Both the position numbers and the translations under genes were made by a program. From Faecousia sp. (GTDB lineage: Bacteria > Bacillota > Clostridia > Oscillospirales > Oscillospiraceae): a DNA stretch of 64,000 bases. The notes under the pieces are model-generated. The model was not told the DNA's origin and made no database searches. It saw only the letters and a program-made list of their open reading frames with translations. The stretch lies in contig JAZNZO010000098.1 of the NCBI GenBank assembly GCA_045594945.1, positions 335-64,334 on the forward strand. Direction: 5' to 3'. This document shows, one piece after another, positions 18,164 through 26,686 of this stretch. Numbering within the stretch: position 1 is the stretch's first letter; each line of letters starts with the position of its first letter.

Positions 18164-18856
18164 TCAGATGCCCCGAAGGGCAACTGTGGGTATATAAGAC
18201 TTAACTGCCAGCATAAGGGCGTTTAGTTCTTCCGGGGTAAAGGAAGAAAGACCCTCAGGGGCTAAAACGGTGTCCCGGCTCTGGTAGCATTGCAAAAACC
18301 AGGCTTTGGCACCGACAATCCACCGGGCAGTATCTAAAAGGGACTGCTCTGTGTGCAGGCCTTTTACAACGGTGGTTCTGAATTCATAGTCCACAGGAGA
18401 AGCCAGCAAGTAGGCTTTGCTTTCTTCTACAGGGCCAATATCAAAATCCTTTACGCCTGCAGTGAGCCCGTAAAGCAGGGGGCTGTTTTTGATGTCCATA
18501 GCCACTTTGTCCACAAGACCGCGCTCTACCAAATGGCGTAAATATTGGGGCTTGGAGCCGTTGGTATCCAACTTGACCCGGTAGCCAAGGGCTTTGACTT
18601 TCTCCAAGAAAAGTTCCAATCCGGGGTGGAGCAGAGGCTCTCCGCCGGTGACAGCGATGCCTTCAAGCACGCCTTGCCGTTTTTTTAAGTAAGCAAGGAT
18701 TTCTTCTTGCGCAATGCTTTCCGGGGCGTGGCCCGCAACCAAGGGGGCGTTATGGCAGAAGGGGCAACGGAAATTGCAGCCGCCTGTAAAGACGGTACAG
18801 GCTACCAGGCCGGGGTAGTCCAGGCAGGATAGTTTCTGTATACCACTAAATTCCAT
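18164..18856 (-). CDS. nrdG: Anaerobic ribonucleotide reductase activating protein (radical SAM)
   Basis: GGCNFRCPFCHN cluster motif. It lies directly upstream of nrdD. Confidence 0.9.
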   Translation of the reverse strand: MEFSGIQKLSCLDYPGLVACTVFTGGCNFRCPFCHNAPLVAGHAPESIAQEEILAYLKKRQGVLEGIAVTGGEPLLHPGLELFLEKVKALGYRVKLDTNGSKPQYLRHLVERGLVDKVAMDIKNSPLLYGLTAGVKDFDIGPVEESKAYLLASPVDYEFRTTVVKGLHTEQSLLDTARWIVGAKAWFLQCYQSRDTVLAPEGLSSFTPEELNALMLAVKSYIPTVALRGI

Positions 18857-18877
18857 AAAATCACCTCAGTATGTACT

Positions 18878-18906
18878 AAAATAGCATATCTTGTGTGTTA
18901 TGTCAA
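18878..18906 (-). promoter_or_regulatory. nrdGD promoter
   Basis: Minus-strand TTGACA (18901-18906), 17 nt, TATTTT (18878-18883). Confidence 0.55.
18881..18896. promoter_or_regulatory. NrdR box (promoter-proximal)
   Basis: Minus-strand ACACAAGATATGCTAT resembles the NrdR palindrome acacwAtATaTwgtgt. It lies in the -35/-10 spacer. Confidence 0.65.
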
Positions 18907-18913
18907 TGGCAAA

Positions 18914-18929
18914 ACACAATATATTGTGA
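18914..18929. promoter_or_regulatory. NrdR box (distal)
   Basis: ACACAATATATTGTGA is a near-perfect NrdR palindrome. Its centre lies about 33 bp from the proximal box, just upstream of the -35. Confidence 0.75.
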
Positions 18930-18981
18930 GAAAAACAGAAAAAGGTTGCAAAAGGCACAATCCCTTGGGGAAGGGAGAAAC

Positions 18982-19016
18982 AAAAAATGCCGTCCTGTGG
19001 AATTCCACAGGACGGC
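18982..19016 (-). terminator. Terminator of the zinc-ribbon membrane protein gene
   Basis: gccgtcctgtgg-aatt-ccacaggacggc with a T-run on the minus strand. Confidence 0.8.
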
Positions 19017-19036
19017 AAATGTTCAAGAAATAAGGA

Positions 19037-19726
19037 TTAGTCTTCGTTGTTGAATACCAGCAGGCCCATAGCGCCTACGATGGCATAGATGCCGAGAGCA
19101 ACCCAGCTCAGCCAGGGAACACCGACGCTCATCTTTACGGTCATACCGAAAGCACTTTCGGAAGCACCGCAGAAAGCAAAGAAGATCACCTGCAGCAGTA
19201 CGCCGACAACACCGGCAACGCCCATGTAGAAGGCGGGGTTATTAACCTTCAGGGTCTTACCAACAAACTGGTCGTAGTAGGGCATATTGTTCTGCTTCTT
19301 CAGGAAGTACAGAGCGCCAACAGCGGCAATTACCAGATTGATAATGCCAAAGAGAATGTTACCGATGTACACGCAGGCCAGGCTCTTATCCATAGATTTC
19401 CAGGCTTCTGCAACTTCAGAAACTTTGCCGTATTCGGTCTGCGTTTGGCCCATAATGGATGCGGTTGCGGGAATTTTCAGGATGCTGAAGGTGTTCAGAA
19501 CGAACAGCACCAGAGCCAGAACTGCAACTACAGCCAGGATGATAGCCAGGAACGGACGGATGGTGGGGGCAAGGCTGCCCAGGGGTGCGGCGCCCTTTAC
19601 CTTGGGGGCCTTAGGTGCGGCAGGAGCCTGAGGGGCTGCTGCGGGAGCGGCATTCAGAGGAGTGCCGCAGGATTGGCAAAACTTAGTGCCATCGGCGCAC
19701 TGCGCGCCACAGTTGCTACAAAACAT
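19037..19726 (-). CDS. Zinc-ribbon domain membrane protein
   Basis: MFCSNCGAQCADGTKFCQSCG, an Ala/Pro-rich linker, then 4 TM helices. GGGAGGT lies before ATG 19726. Confidence 0.6.
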   Translation of the reverse strand: MFCSNCGAQCADGTKFCQSCGTPLNAAPAAAPQAPAAPKAPKVKGAAPLGSLAPTIRPFLAIILAVVAVLALVLFVLNTFSILKIPATASIMGQTQTEYGKVSEVAEAWKSMDKSLACVYIGNILFGIINLVIAAVGALYFLKKQNNMPYYDQFVGKTLKVNNPAFYMGVAGVVGVLLQVIFFAFCGASESAFGMTVKMSVGVPWLSWVALGIYAIVGAMGLLVFNNED

Positions 19727-19766
19727 AAAATTTACCTCCCTTATATTGTATGTAACATACACTTAC

Positions 19767-19795
19767 AGTATAGGCGATTTTGTCCGCAGTGTCAA
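19767..19795 (-). promoter_or_regulatory. Promoter of zinc-ribbon gene 19037-19726
   Basis: Minus-strand TTGACA, 17 nt, TATACT. Confidence 0.5.
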
Positions 19796-19819
19796 GACAA
19801 AAGTACCCCTCTTGGGGAC

Positions 19820-19853
19820 AAAAAACCGGCAGAAAAAACATCTGCCGGTTTTG
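19820..19853. terminator. Terminator after the second zinc-ribbon gene
   Basis: aaccggcaga-aaaaaca-tctgccggtt with A/T runs on both sides. Confidence 0.75.
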
Positions 19854-19865
19854 TATGTATAGAAA

Positions 19866-20498
19866 TCAGGCTTCTTCTTTTGCGGGAAGGCAGGTTAATA
19901 CAGCGATACCGCCGAACAGGGCCATATTCACCCAGGCACTGATGGGCGTGCAAACTACATATGTGTAGCCTTCCACTTTGGTGCGGCAGAGGAACACAAA
20001 CAGGAGCGCATACAGGAAAGTAGCGGCAACAGCGATGGCAGCAGCCAGTTTGAAGATTCCTTCGCCCTTGCCACCGCAGGCTTTTTCCAGCATAGACAGC
20101 AGGGTTAGCGCGGCAACACCCAAAAGGGTAATGCCGTAAATAACATTCAGCACTTTTGCACTGGTGGTGATAACATCTAACTTGTCGTTGCCGGTTTTGA
20201 TATAGGCCTCTTTGGCAGGGATCTCGCTAATATCCACCACTTTTCCATCGTATCTGCCTTTGGCAGTCAGATCCAAAGAGCCGGTGAGGGTGGAAAGACC
20301 GATGAGCAAAGAAACCACCAGAACGATAATCATCATAGCCTTCATCCGCTTGGCGGCAACTTCCCGGAGGGAAGCGACGGTGATTGCGCTCTTTTTCACC
20401 TTGGGAACGGGAGCGCTGGAGATGTTTGCACCGCAGCTGGAACAGAAGATGGCACCTTCTTCATAGGGCGTGCCGCAGTTTTGACAAAACTTTGCCAT
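19866..20498 (-). CDS. Zinc-ribbon domain membrane protein (same architecture as 19037-19726)
   Basis: MAKFCQNCGTPYEEGAIFCSSCG followed by 4 TM helices. Confidence 0.6.
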   Translation of the reverse strand: MAKFCQNCGTPYEEGAIFCSSCGANISSAPVPKVKKSAITVASLREVAAKRMKAMMIIVLVVSLLIGLSTLTGSLDLTAKGRYDGKVVDISEIPAKEAYIKTGNDKLDVITTSAKVLNVIYGITLLGVAALTLLSMLEKACGGKGEGIFKLAAAIAVAATFLYALLFVFLCRTKVEGYTYVVCTPISAWVNMALFGGIAVLTCLPAKEEA

Positions 20499-20569
20499 AA
20501 GAGTATCCTCCTTATTGTTTAGATGAAATTATTATAGGAAAAAACATTTCCTTGTCAATCCCTGGAAGA

Positions 20570-21709
20570 TCAGAGCGCACCGGCAAGGGCTTTCTGCCAC
20601 CGCTTTTCCACTTGGGCGTTTACGTGGGAAATGATTTCTGCGGTGCTGTTGGTACAGAAATTCTTATTAAGCGCCTGGGACATCTTTTCCCGCCGCCCGG
20701 CATCCTGGGCCAGTTCTACGGCAAGGGCCACCACTTCTGCTTCATTATGGCTGCCTAAGGCATACTCTTTAGAGAGGAAGTAGTTGAAATTTCGGCTTTC
20801 GCAAGCGCCGATGAGATTGAAAAACACCATCGGTACGCCCTTGTTGGCCCCTTCAGTGGAGCTTAGGCCGCCGGGCTTTGTAATCATCAAATCCACCGCA
20901 TCCATATATTCATCCATATTGGGGGTAAAACCCAAGGCGGTCAGCCGGGGGCCCTGGATTTTCTCCATAGACTCCAAAAGAGCTTCATTGCTGCCGCAGA
21001 CGGCAATGACTTTGGCGTTTTCCGGCAGTTTTTCTACCAAATCTTTGGCGGTTTTTTCGATGGGGCCGCAACCCATACTGCCGCACATCAAGAGCACATA
21101 TACACTTTCCTGATCCAGCCCCAATTTCTCCCTGGCCTGCGCTTTGGGGGTTTTCTTATAAAAGGCCTGCCGGACGGGAATGCCTACGGGGATGAGAAGT
21201 TCCTCCGGGATACCGGCGGCTTCAAATTCTCCGATTTGGTCGGACGTGGGGATAAAATAGCCGTCTAATTGGCACTGCTCCACCACAGGGTGGCAGGTGT
21301 AATCCGTTGCCACAAAGAAACAGGGGATATCCAAGCCCCAACTGCGGCGGATTTCTGTTACCATAGCCCCGGCAAAGGAGTGGGAGCAGATAATCGCATC
21401 AAAGTCCCGTTCTAAAATCCAGTCACGCATCTTTTTTGCGCCCAGGCTCAGAAGTTCATAGATAGGATTAAATTCATCCGGGTCGGAAGTGAACTCGGCA
21501 AAACGGTAGCCCCAGTCAAAGAGTTTGGGGCCGTGACGGTACAGTCGCACATGCCAGTTAGAAATAAATTTAGAAAAGCCGGGGGACAAAAATGACAGAC
21601 AGTCTTCCAACTGGCAGGGGATTTGCCGCTGCACATAGACTTCCATAATAGCCCTGGCGGTGGCATTGTGGCCTTCGCCGGTATTGGCTGAAAGCATCAA
21701 AATTCCCAT
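20570..21709 (-). CDS. Diacylglycerol glycosyltransferase (MGDG synthase / UgtP-like, GT28)
   Basis: N-terminal ILMLSANTGEGHNATARAI resembles UgtP LILTANYGNGH. The VATDYTCHP and GGLSSTE motifs are present. Confidence 0.7.
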   Translation of the reverse strand: MGILMLSANTGEGHNATARAIMEVYVQRQIPCQLEDCLSFLSPGFSKFISNWHVRLYRHGPKLFDWGYRFAEFTSDPDEFNPIYELLSLGAKKMRDWILERDFDAIICSHSFAGAMVTEIRRSWGLDIPCFFVATDYTCHPVVEQCQLDGYFIPTSDQIGEFEAAGIPEELLIPVGIPVRQAFYKKTPKAQAREKLGLDQESVYVLLMCGSMGCGPIEKTAKDLVEKLPENAKVIAVCGSNEALLESMEKIQGPRLTALGFTPNMDEYMDAVDLMITKPGGLSSTEGANKGVPMVFFNLIGACESRNFNYFLSKEYALGSHNEAEVVALAVELAQDAGRREKMSQALNKNFCTNSTAEIISHVNAQVEKRWQKALAGAL

Positions 21710-21848
21710 TTTGGTGCCCCTTTCTTCATTTTTTGTCCATTATACTCTGTTTGGGCAGTTTATTCAACAGTTTTCTTTTATGTGCCTATTGCAATTTCAG
21801 GAAAAAGTGATAGAATATCCCTAACTCCAACAACATTGAGGCGATTTT

Positions 21849-22682
21849 ATGAATTACAAAAGAGTGTTAACGATCCAGGATATTTCCTGCGTGGGCCAAT
21901 GTTCTTTGACGGTAGCCCTGCCTATCCTGTCTGCCTGCGGTTTGGAAACGGCAATTTTGCCCTCGGCAGTCCTTTCCACCCATACCGCCGGCTTTACCGG
22001 CTTTACGGTCCGGGATTTGACGGAGGATGTGCCCGGCATCGCCGCCCACTGGAAAAAAGAGGGCATCGGCTTTGATGCCATTTATACGGGTTATTTGGGA
22101 AGCACCCAGCAGATTGCCTATGTGGCAGACATTATGGACAATTTGGCAAACCCCGGTTGTAAGAATATCGTAGACCCTGCAATGGCAGATAACGGCAAAC
22201 TCTATCCGGCCTTTGATGAAGTCTATGTGGAAGAAATGAAAAAACTCTGCGCCAAAGCAGATATTCTTCTTCCCAACATCACAGAAGCCTGCTTCTTGAC
22301 GGATATCCCTTACCGGGAAACCTACGACAGGGCCTATGTGGATAGCCTGCTTGCAAAACTGACTGCCCTGGGGGCTAAAACGGTGGTGCTCACCGGTGTG
22401 GGCTACAACCCCGGTGAAACCGGCGTAGTGGTTTTTGAAAACGGAGAAGTCTCCCACTATGTCCACCCCCGCCTTCCCCAAAGCTGTCACGGCACCGGAG
22501 ATGTGTACGCATCTGCCTTTACCGGCGCCTATATGCAGGGCATTTGCACCTATGATGCCGCCAAAATCGCTGCTGATTATGTGGTGCAGTCTATGAAAAA
22601 CACCATTGGAGACGAAAGCCATTGGTACGGCGTGAAATTTGAAACCGCGCTTTCTGATTTAATCAAGGCACTTAATTTATAA
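21849..22682 (+). CDS. pdxK: Pyridoxal/pyridoxamine kinase
   Basis: Ribokinase-fold protein. VLTIQDISCVGQCS resembles the PdxK/PdxY N-terminus, and GTGDVYASAF is the anion-hole motif. Confidence 0.8.
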   Translation: MNYKRVLTIQDISCVGQCSLTVALPILSACGLETAILPSAVLSTHTAGFTGFTVRDLTEDVPGIAAHWKKEGIGFDAIYTGYLGSTQQIAYVADIMDNLANPGCKNIVDPAMADNGKLYPAFDEVYVEEMKKLCAKADILLPNITEACFLTDIPYRETYDRAYVDSLLAKLTALGAKTVVLTGVGYNPGETGVVVFENGEVSHYVHPRLPQSCHGTGDVYASAFTGAYMQGICTYDAAKIAADYVVQSMKNTIGDESHWYGVKFETALSDLIKALNL

Positions 22683-22690
22683 TGTATGCA

Positions 22691-22725
22691 AAAAGCCGTC
22701 AGGTGTGAAATCCTGACGGCTTTTA
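22691..22725. terminator. Bidirectional terminator between pdxK and the XRE gene
   Basis: agccgtcagg-tgtgaaat-cctgacggct followed by tttt. Confidence 0.8.
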
Positions 22726-22727
22726 TA

Positions 22728-22934
22728 TTACGCATCTTCTTTAATAAAGCAAACAATATCTTGAGGACCGCAATCCAAAATGTTGCAGAGTTTTTCCAGG
22801 GTAAATAGGGTAATAGACTTGTTATGCTTTAACTGGTGTATGGTTCTGGGGTTTATATCGTGCTGGTTAATCAGCGCATAGGTGCTAATGCCCCGGTCTT
22901 TCATCGTTTCCCATAACGGCCCGTAGTTAATCAT
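22728..22934 (-). CDS. XRE-family helix-turn-helix protein (68 aa)
   Basis: GISTYALINQHDINPRTIHQLKHNKSITLFTLEKLCNIL is a Cro/C1-type HTH. ATG 22934 lies 7 nt after a G-rich RBS. Confidence 0.7.
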   Translation of the reverse strand: MINYGPLWETMKDRGISTYALINQHDINPRTIHQLKHNKSITLFTLEKLCNILDCGPQDIVCFIKEDA

Positions 22935-22987
22935 CGGCACGCCCCCCTTCCCCTTAGATATTTACATTATCTTTTGAAAAACAGGGG

Positions 22988-23016
22988 TTTACTATACTGA
23001 AAAAAGTATCTATAAT
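22988..23016 (+). promoter_or_regulatory. Promoter of the 77-aa ORF with inverted repeat in the spacer
   Basis: TTTACT, 17 nt, TATAAT. The spacer contains ATACT-gaaaaa-AGTAT. Confidence 0.45.
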
Positions 23017-23034
23017 AGTGCGGGGGTGTTTCTT

Positions 23035-23268
23035 ATGAATGAAAAGTTTTGTCCTTTGTCAGGAGCAGAGGAGAGACAATCCCTGCATTTGCAGGAGTTA
23101 GGATATCAATGTGCCACATTGGAAGAAGAATTGTTATCAGTGGCAGAGTCTTTGCCAGCGACACAGCGGGCGGTAATAGAAGAGTATATTGCTTTGCGCA
23201 ATATGTTGGAAGTGGAGAGCATTCGTGCTGCTATCCGCTTTGGAGAAAGGCAAACGATAAAAAAGTGA
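23035..23268 (+). CDS. Hypothetical 77-aa protein, divergent from the XRE gene
   Basis: ATG 23035 follows GGGGGTG. The product is predicted helical and acidic. I recognise no family. Confidence 0.4.
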   Translation: MNEKFCPLSGAEERQSLHLQELGYQCATLEEELLSVAESLPATQRAVIEEYIALRNMLEVESIRAAIRFGERQTIKK

Positions 23269-23288
23269 ACGGCATACAGGCCGTTCAC
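23265..23288 (+). terminator. Hairpin overlapping the stop of the 77-aa ORF
   Basis: gtgaacggc-atacag-gccgttcac, with no clear T-run. Confidence 0.4.
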
Positions 23289-23356
23289 TATGAAAATTTA
23301 TGGATGCAGGGACACCCCGCCGGGTTGTCCGTCTGCTTTGTTGCAGAAGAATTTTG

Positions 23357-23485
23357 GTGAAGTTTTTGCTTTGCAAAAGTGATGTTGGCGATGCCAGTGA
23401 TGTTTGGCTGATGCCAAGTGAAGTTAAGTTTGCCTTTTGCGGGCCGATGTGGGCATCGGCCCCTACTTTGCCGCAGGCAAACTTA
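23357..23485. repeat. Array of four units, each GTGAWGT heptamer plus a different hairpin
   Basis: GTGAAGT+ttttgc/gcaaaa (23357). GTGATGT+tggc/gcca (23379). GTGATGT+ttggc/gccaa (23397). GTGAAGT+taagtttgcc...ggcaaactta (23418-23485). Confidence 0.6.
23441..23466 (-). repeat. REP-like GTAG-headed GC-rich hairpin
   Basis: Minus strand reads GTAG-GGGCCGATG-ccca-CATCGGCCC. It shares the GTAGGGGC head with the copies at 37779 and 37822. Confidence 0.55.
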
Positions 23486-23488
23486 GTT

Positions 23489-23528
23489 GTAGAATCTATT
23501 GTCTGCACAGGCAGACAATAGATTCTAC
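23489..23528 (-). terminator. 18-bp perfect hairpin overlapping the last 10 codons and stop of rlmD
   Basis: gtagaatctattgtctgc-acag-gcagacaatagattctac. One arm encodes the ESIVCLCRQ-stop end of the protein. Confidence 0.6.
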
Positions 23529-24845
23529 ATGGGCGCAACGGGGGAATAAGTCGGCGGCTTGGGCGGAAAGAAGACGGTAGCCTCTTTCTTTGAAAATGGC
23601 CACATCCCGGGCCATCGTTGCCGGGTCGCAGGACACATAGACAATTCTGCGGGGCGCCATTTGGCAAATGCCTTCAATGGCATCGGCGTTCAGGCCCTTT
23701 CGGGGCGGGTCTACCACCACCACATCCGGTTTTACCCCCCGGCTTTCCAGTTCCAGGGCGGCTTTGCCCGCATCGCCGCAGAAGAATTCTGCATTTTCGA
23801 TGCCGTTGCGACGGGCGTTTTCTCTTGCATCGTTGACGGCTTCGGCCACCACTTCCACGCCGATTACTTTCCTGGCGGCCTTTGCCATTGCCAAAGTGAT
23901 TGTGCCTACGCCGCAGTAGAGGTCTAATACCAGGTCTTCCTTGGTAATTTGACCCTGGGCGATGGCGGCTTCATACAGCCGCTGGGCCTGGGTGTGATTG
24001 ATTTGATAGAAGGATTGGGCGGAAATGCGGAAAGTCAGGCCGCATAGGGTGTCTTCAATATACCCCGGGCCATAGAGAACTTTGTTTTCTTCCCCTAAAA
24101 TGGTGTTTCCCTGCTTTTTGTTGATGCTGAGGATCAGGGTGGTAAAGCCGGGAATCTTTTGCAGCCGCTGCAAAAGGGCATCCACATGGGGAAGAGCCGT
24201 GCCGTTTATGCAAAGGCAGACCAAAATCTGCTTACTCACCGCACCCTGCCGCAGGAAGATATGGCGCACAAGTCCCTTATGCTCCTTTTCCTCATAGGCG
24301 CTGACCCGGTACTGATTCATATAGTCCAGCACCGCTTTTTTAACGGTGTCTGCTTCCGGGAAACCGATGCGGCAGCCCTCGTTTTCCACGATCTGGTGAC
24401 TGCCTGCCCGGTAAAAGCCTGCGAAGATTTTGCCCCGGTTGCTTCCCACAGGGAAAATGACTTTGTTGCGATAGTGATAGCAGGAGGGGGCGCAGAGGAT
24501 GGCAATTTCCTCTAAATTCTCCCCGGCAAGCCGGTTTAGATTTTGTTTTACCCGGTCTGCTTTCAGCCGGCATTCTTCCTCGTAGGTCATATGCCAGAAA
24601 TCGCAGCCGCCGCAGAGTTTGGCAACGGGGCATTCCCGATTTACTCTGTGGGGGGATTTTTCCAGCACCTGCGTGATTTTTCCCAAAGCCCAGGTTTTGT
24701 TTGCCTTGATGATGGCGATTTTACAAAGGTCACCCACTACACCGTTGGCAACAAAGACGGCGCAGCCGTCTATTTTGGCCACACCTTGCCCATCGGCGGT
24801 GTAGTCCAAAATCCTGGCCTCGTAAACTTCATTTTTTGTTAGCAT
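23496..24845 (-). CDS. rlmD: 23S rRNA (uracil-C5)-methyltransferase, RumA/RlmD type
   Basis: TRAM N-domain, Fe-S Cys motif CPVAKLCGGCDFWH, SAM motif DLYCGVGTI, and catalytic VSCDPAT. Confidence 0.85.
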   Translation of the reverse strand: MLTKNEVYEARILDYTADGQGVAKIDGCAVFVANGVVGDLCKIAIIKANKTWALGKITQVLEKSPHRVNRECPVAKLCGGCDFWHMTYEEECRLKADRVKQNLNRLAGENLEEIAILCAPSCYHYRNKVIFPVGSNRGKIFAGFYRAGSHQIVENEGCRIGFPEADTVKKAVLDYMNQYRVSAYEEKEHKGLVRHIFLRQGAVSKQILVCLCINGTALPHVDALLQRLQKIPGFTTLILSINKKQGNTILGEENKVLYGPGYIEDTLCGLTFRISAQSFYQINHTQAQRLYEAAIAQGQITKEDLVLDLYCGVGTITLAMAKAARKVIGVEVVAEAVNDARENARRNGIENAEFFCGDAGKAALELESRGVKPDVVVVDPPRKGLNADAIEGICQMAPRRIVYVSCDPATMARDVAIFKERGYRLLSAQAADLFPRCAHVESIVCLCRQ

Positions 24846-25312
24846 TACAGCACCTTTTCCATTACGGTTTTCTGAGGGGCAAAGCCCATTTTGTCATAGA
24901 ACGCCCGGGCAGTATCGTTGCCTTCCCAAACATTCAAAGTGATGGCATCGCACTTGCGCATTTTGGCATAGCGGACTACCTCATTATAAAGCATAGAGCC
25001 GATGTGCTTGCCCCGGCAGCTATCCAGCACGCAAAGATCATCAATGTACAGACACAGACGATCCTGCAAAACGGGGTCTCTTTGTGTTACCTGCACCTGG
25101 CAGAAGCAGTAACCCAGAACTTTTTCGTTCTCCACTGCCACAAAAATGGGAGTATCGCTGCTTTCCATCAGGGAAAACAGTTGGGACGGGCCGTACTTGC
25201 AGGCATTGGCCCGGAAAAGATCCGGTCGAATGCTGTGGTGCAAAGCCCCAACTTGTTTCAGCAGGGCCAAAATCCCTGCAGTATCTTTATTTTCCGCAAA
25301 ACGAATTTCCAT
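24845..25312 (-). CDS. GNAT family N-acetyltransferase
   Basis: 155 aa. The acetyl-CoA motif region is LDSCRGKHIGSMLY. It ends in a TAATG overlap with rlmD. Confidence 0.7.
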   Translation of the reverse strand: MEIRFAENKDTAGILALLKQVGALHHSIRPDLFRANACKYGPSQLFSLMESSDTPIFVAVENEKVLGYCFCQVQVTQRDPVLQDRLCLYIDDLCVLDSCRGKHIGSMLYNEVVRYAKMRKCDAITLNVWEGNDTARAFYDKMGFAPQKTVMEKVL

Positions 25313-25326
25313 AATGGACCTCCTGT

Positions 25327-25842
25327 TTATTGCATGTCTTCCCGGAAGAGGGAGTATAGGCAGTCATCGAAGATAATGCCCTCAAAGCCTTTGACGCAGT
25401 GCCGCAGCAGGCCCTCCCGGCAAAAGCCCAGGCTTTCCAAAAGTCGCTGGGATGCTATGTTGGGGGCAAAGGAGCGGGCGGTGATACAGGTGAGGTTTTC
25501 CGTATCAAAAAGGCAGGAAATGAGGGCAGAAAGTGCCTCTTTCATATACCCTTTCCGGCTTTCCTCTTGTCGGAGGAAGTAGGAAATTTCCTTGGAGTTT
25601 ACATCATAACGGAGGCTGTCCTCTCCCACATAGAGCATACCGATCAGTTTGCCGTTCTCTTTTTTTACGATGGCGATAGAGCCGTCCTCCGGGTTTGCAA
25701 ACCGGTGCTCAGCCTTTTCCCGGGTTACGGGGGACATGGCGTTATATTGGTTGACAAATCGGGAATTGACAAATTCCATATAGTCGTCCACATCGGCAAT
25801 TTCCGGCTTGCGCAATATCAGCCGTTGCGTTTCCAAATGCAT
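25327..25842 (-). CDS. GNAT family N-acetyltransferase (RimJ/RimL-like)
   Basis: MHLETQRLILRKPEIADVDDY is typical of the RimJ/L N-terminus. The motif RKGYMKEAL is present. Confidence 0.7.
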   Translation of the reverse strand: MHLETQRLILRKPEIADVDDYMEFVNSRFVNQYNAMSPVTREKAEHRFANPEDGSIAIVKKENGKLIGMLYVGEDSLRYDVNSKEISYFLRQEESRKGYMKEALSALISCLFDTENLTCITARSFAPNIASQRLLESLGFCREGLLRHCVKGFEGIIFDDCLYSLFREDMQ

Positions 25843-25854
25843 AGGAACACTTCC

Positions 25855-26577
25855 TTATTTACACAGGTCTTTGATAACTTCTCCTGCGATGATCAGGCCT
25901 ACGGCAGAGGGGACCCAGGCACAGGAGCCGGGGAGGGCATTTCTGCCTTCCGGGAGTTCTTTTAAGGCGGGGTCGTCTGCAGGCAGGTCACATTCGATAG
26001 GCTCTTCTTCGGAGTAGACCACCTTCAAAGAGTCAATGCCCCGTTTGCGGCATTCTTTTCGCATAATCCGGGCCAAAGGGCACACAGAAGTCTTATAAAT
26101 ATCTGCCACCCGGAAGGCTGTGGGATCAAGTTTGTTGCCTGCGCCCATTGAGCACAGGATGGGTGTGCTGGATGCCTTGCAGGCTTCCACAAGGGCCAGT
26201 TTTCCGGTGACGGTGTCGATAGCATCCACCACATAGTCGTATTTCGTAAAATCAAATAAATGCCGGGTGCCGGGGCCAAAAAAGTCACAAATGGCGTTGA
26301 CCTCACAGCCGGGATGGATGGCCTTTATACGGGCCTTGGCGGCCAGGGCCTTTTCCATTCCCACCGTTTCTACGGTAGCCAAAATCTGCCGGTTGATGTT
26401 GGAAAGGCTTATCTTATCGTGGTCTACCAAAGTGAGTTGACCTACACCGCTGCGGGCAAGGGCTTCCACCACATAGCCGCCCACACCACCTAAGCCAAAC
26501 ACAGCCACGTGGGCATTTTTCAGTTTTTCCATCCCGTCATTACCCAGCAAAAACCGGGTGCGGCTAAAGCGTTCCAT
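25855..26577 (-). CDS. tcdA: tRNA threonylcarbamoyladenosine dehydratase (ThiF/E1-like)
   Basis: VAVFGLGGVGGYVVEALARSGVGQLTLVDHDKISLSNINRQ. The start was chosen at the ATG 6 nt after AGGAAG. Confidence 0.8.
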   Translation of the reverse strand: MERFSRTRFLLGNDGMEKLKNAHVAVFGLGGVGGYVVEALARSGVGQLTLVDHDKISLSNINRQILATVETVGMEKALAAKARIKAIHPGCEVNAICDFFGPGTRHLFDFTKYDYVVDAIDTVTGKLALVEACKASSTPILCSMGAGNKLDPTAFRVADIYKTSVCPLARIMRKECRKRGIDSLKVVYSEEEPIECDLPADDPALKELPEGRNALPGSCAWVPSAVGLIIAGEVIKDLCK

Positions 26578-26686
26578 AGGCATCTTCCTTTCTTTTTTCA
26601 TCCTACCACGAAAGGGGCTTTGTGTCAAATCCCGGTTGCAACTTCTCTTTTGATAGAGTATAATGCAGAAGAAAGGAAGTGTTTAT

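Noticed and set aside
23357-23528. Possible mini-CRISPR array (also considered for 37173-37258).
   Set aside because: The constant part is only 7 nt and the units are 18-22 nt. The variable parts are self-complementary hairpins rather than spacers. No cas genes are in the window.
26663-26686. ATG 26663 as the start of the first CHR gene (ORF-track start).
   Set aside because: That ATG lies inside the TATAAT -10 box. The in-frame GTG 26687 has AGGAAG at the correct spacing.
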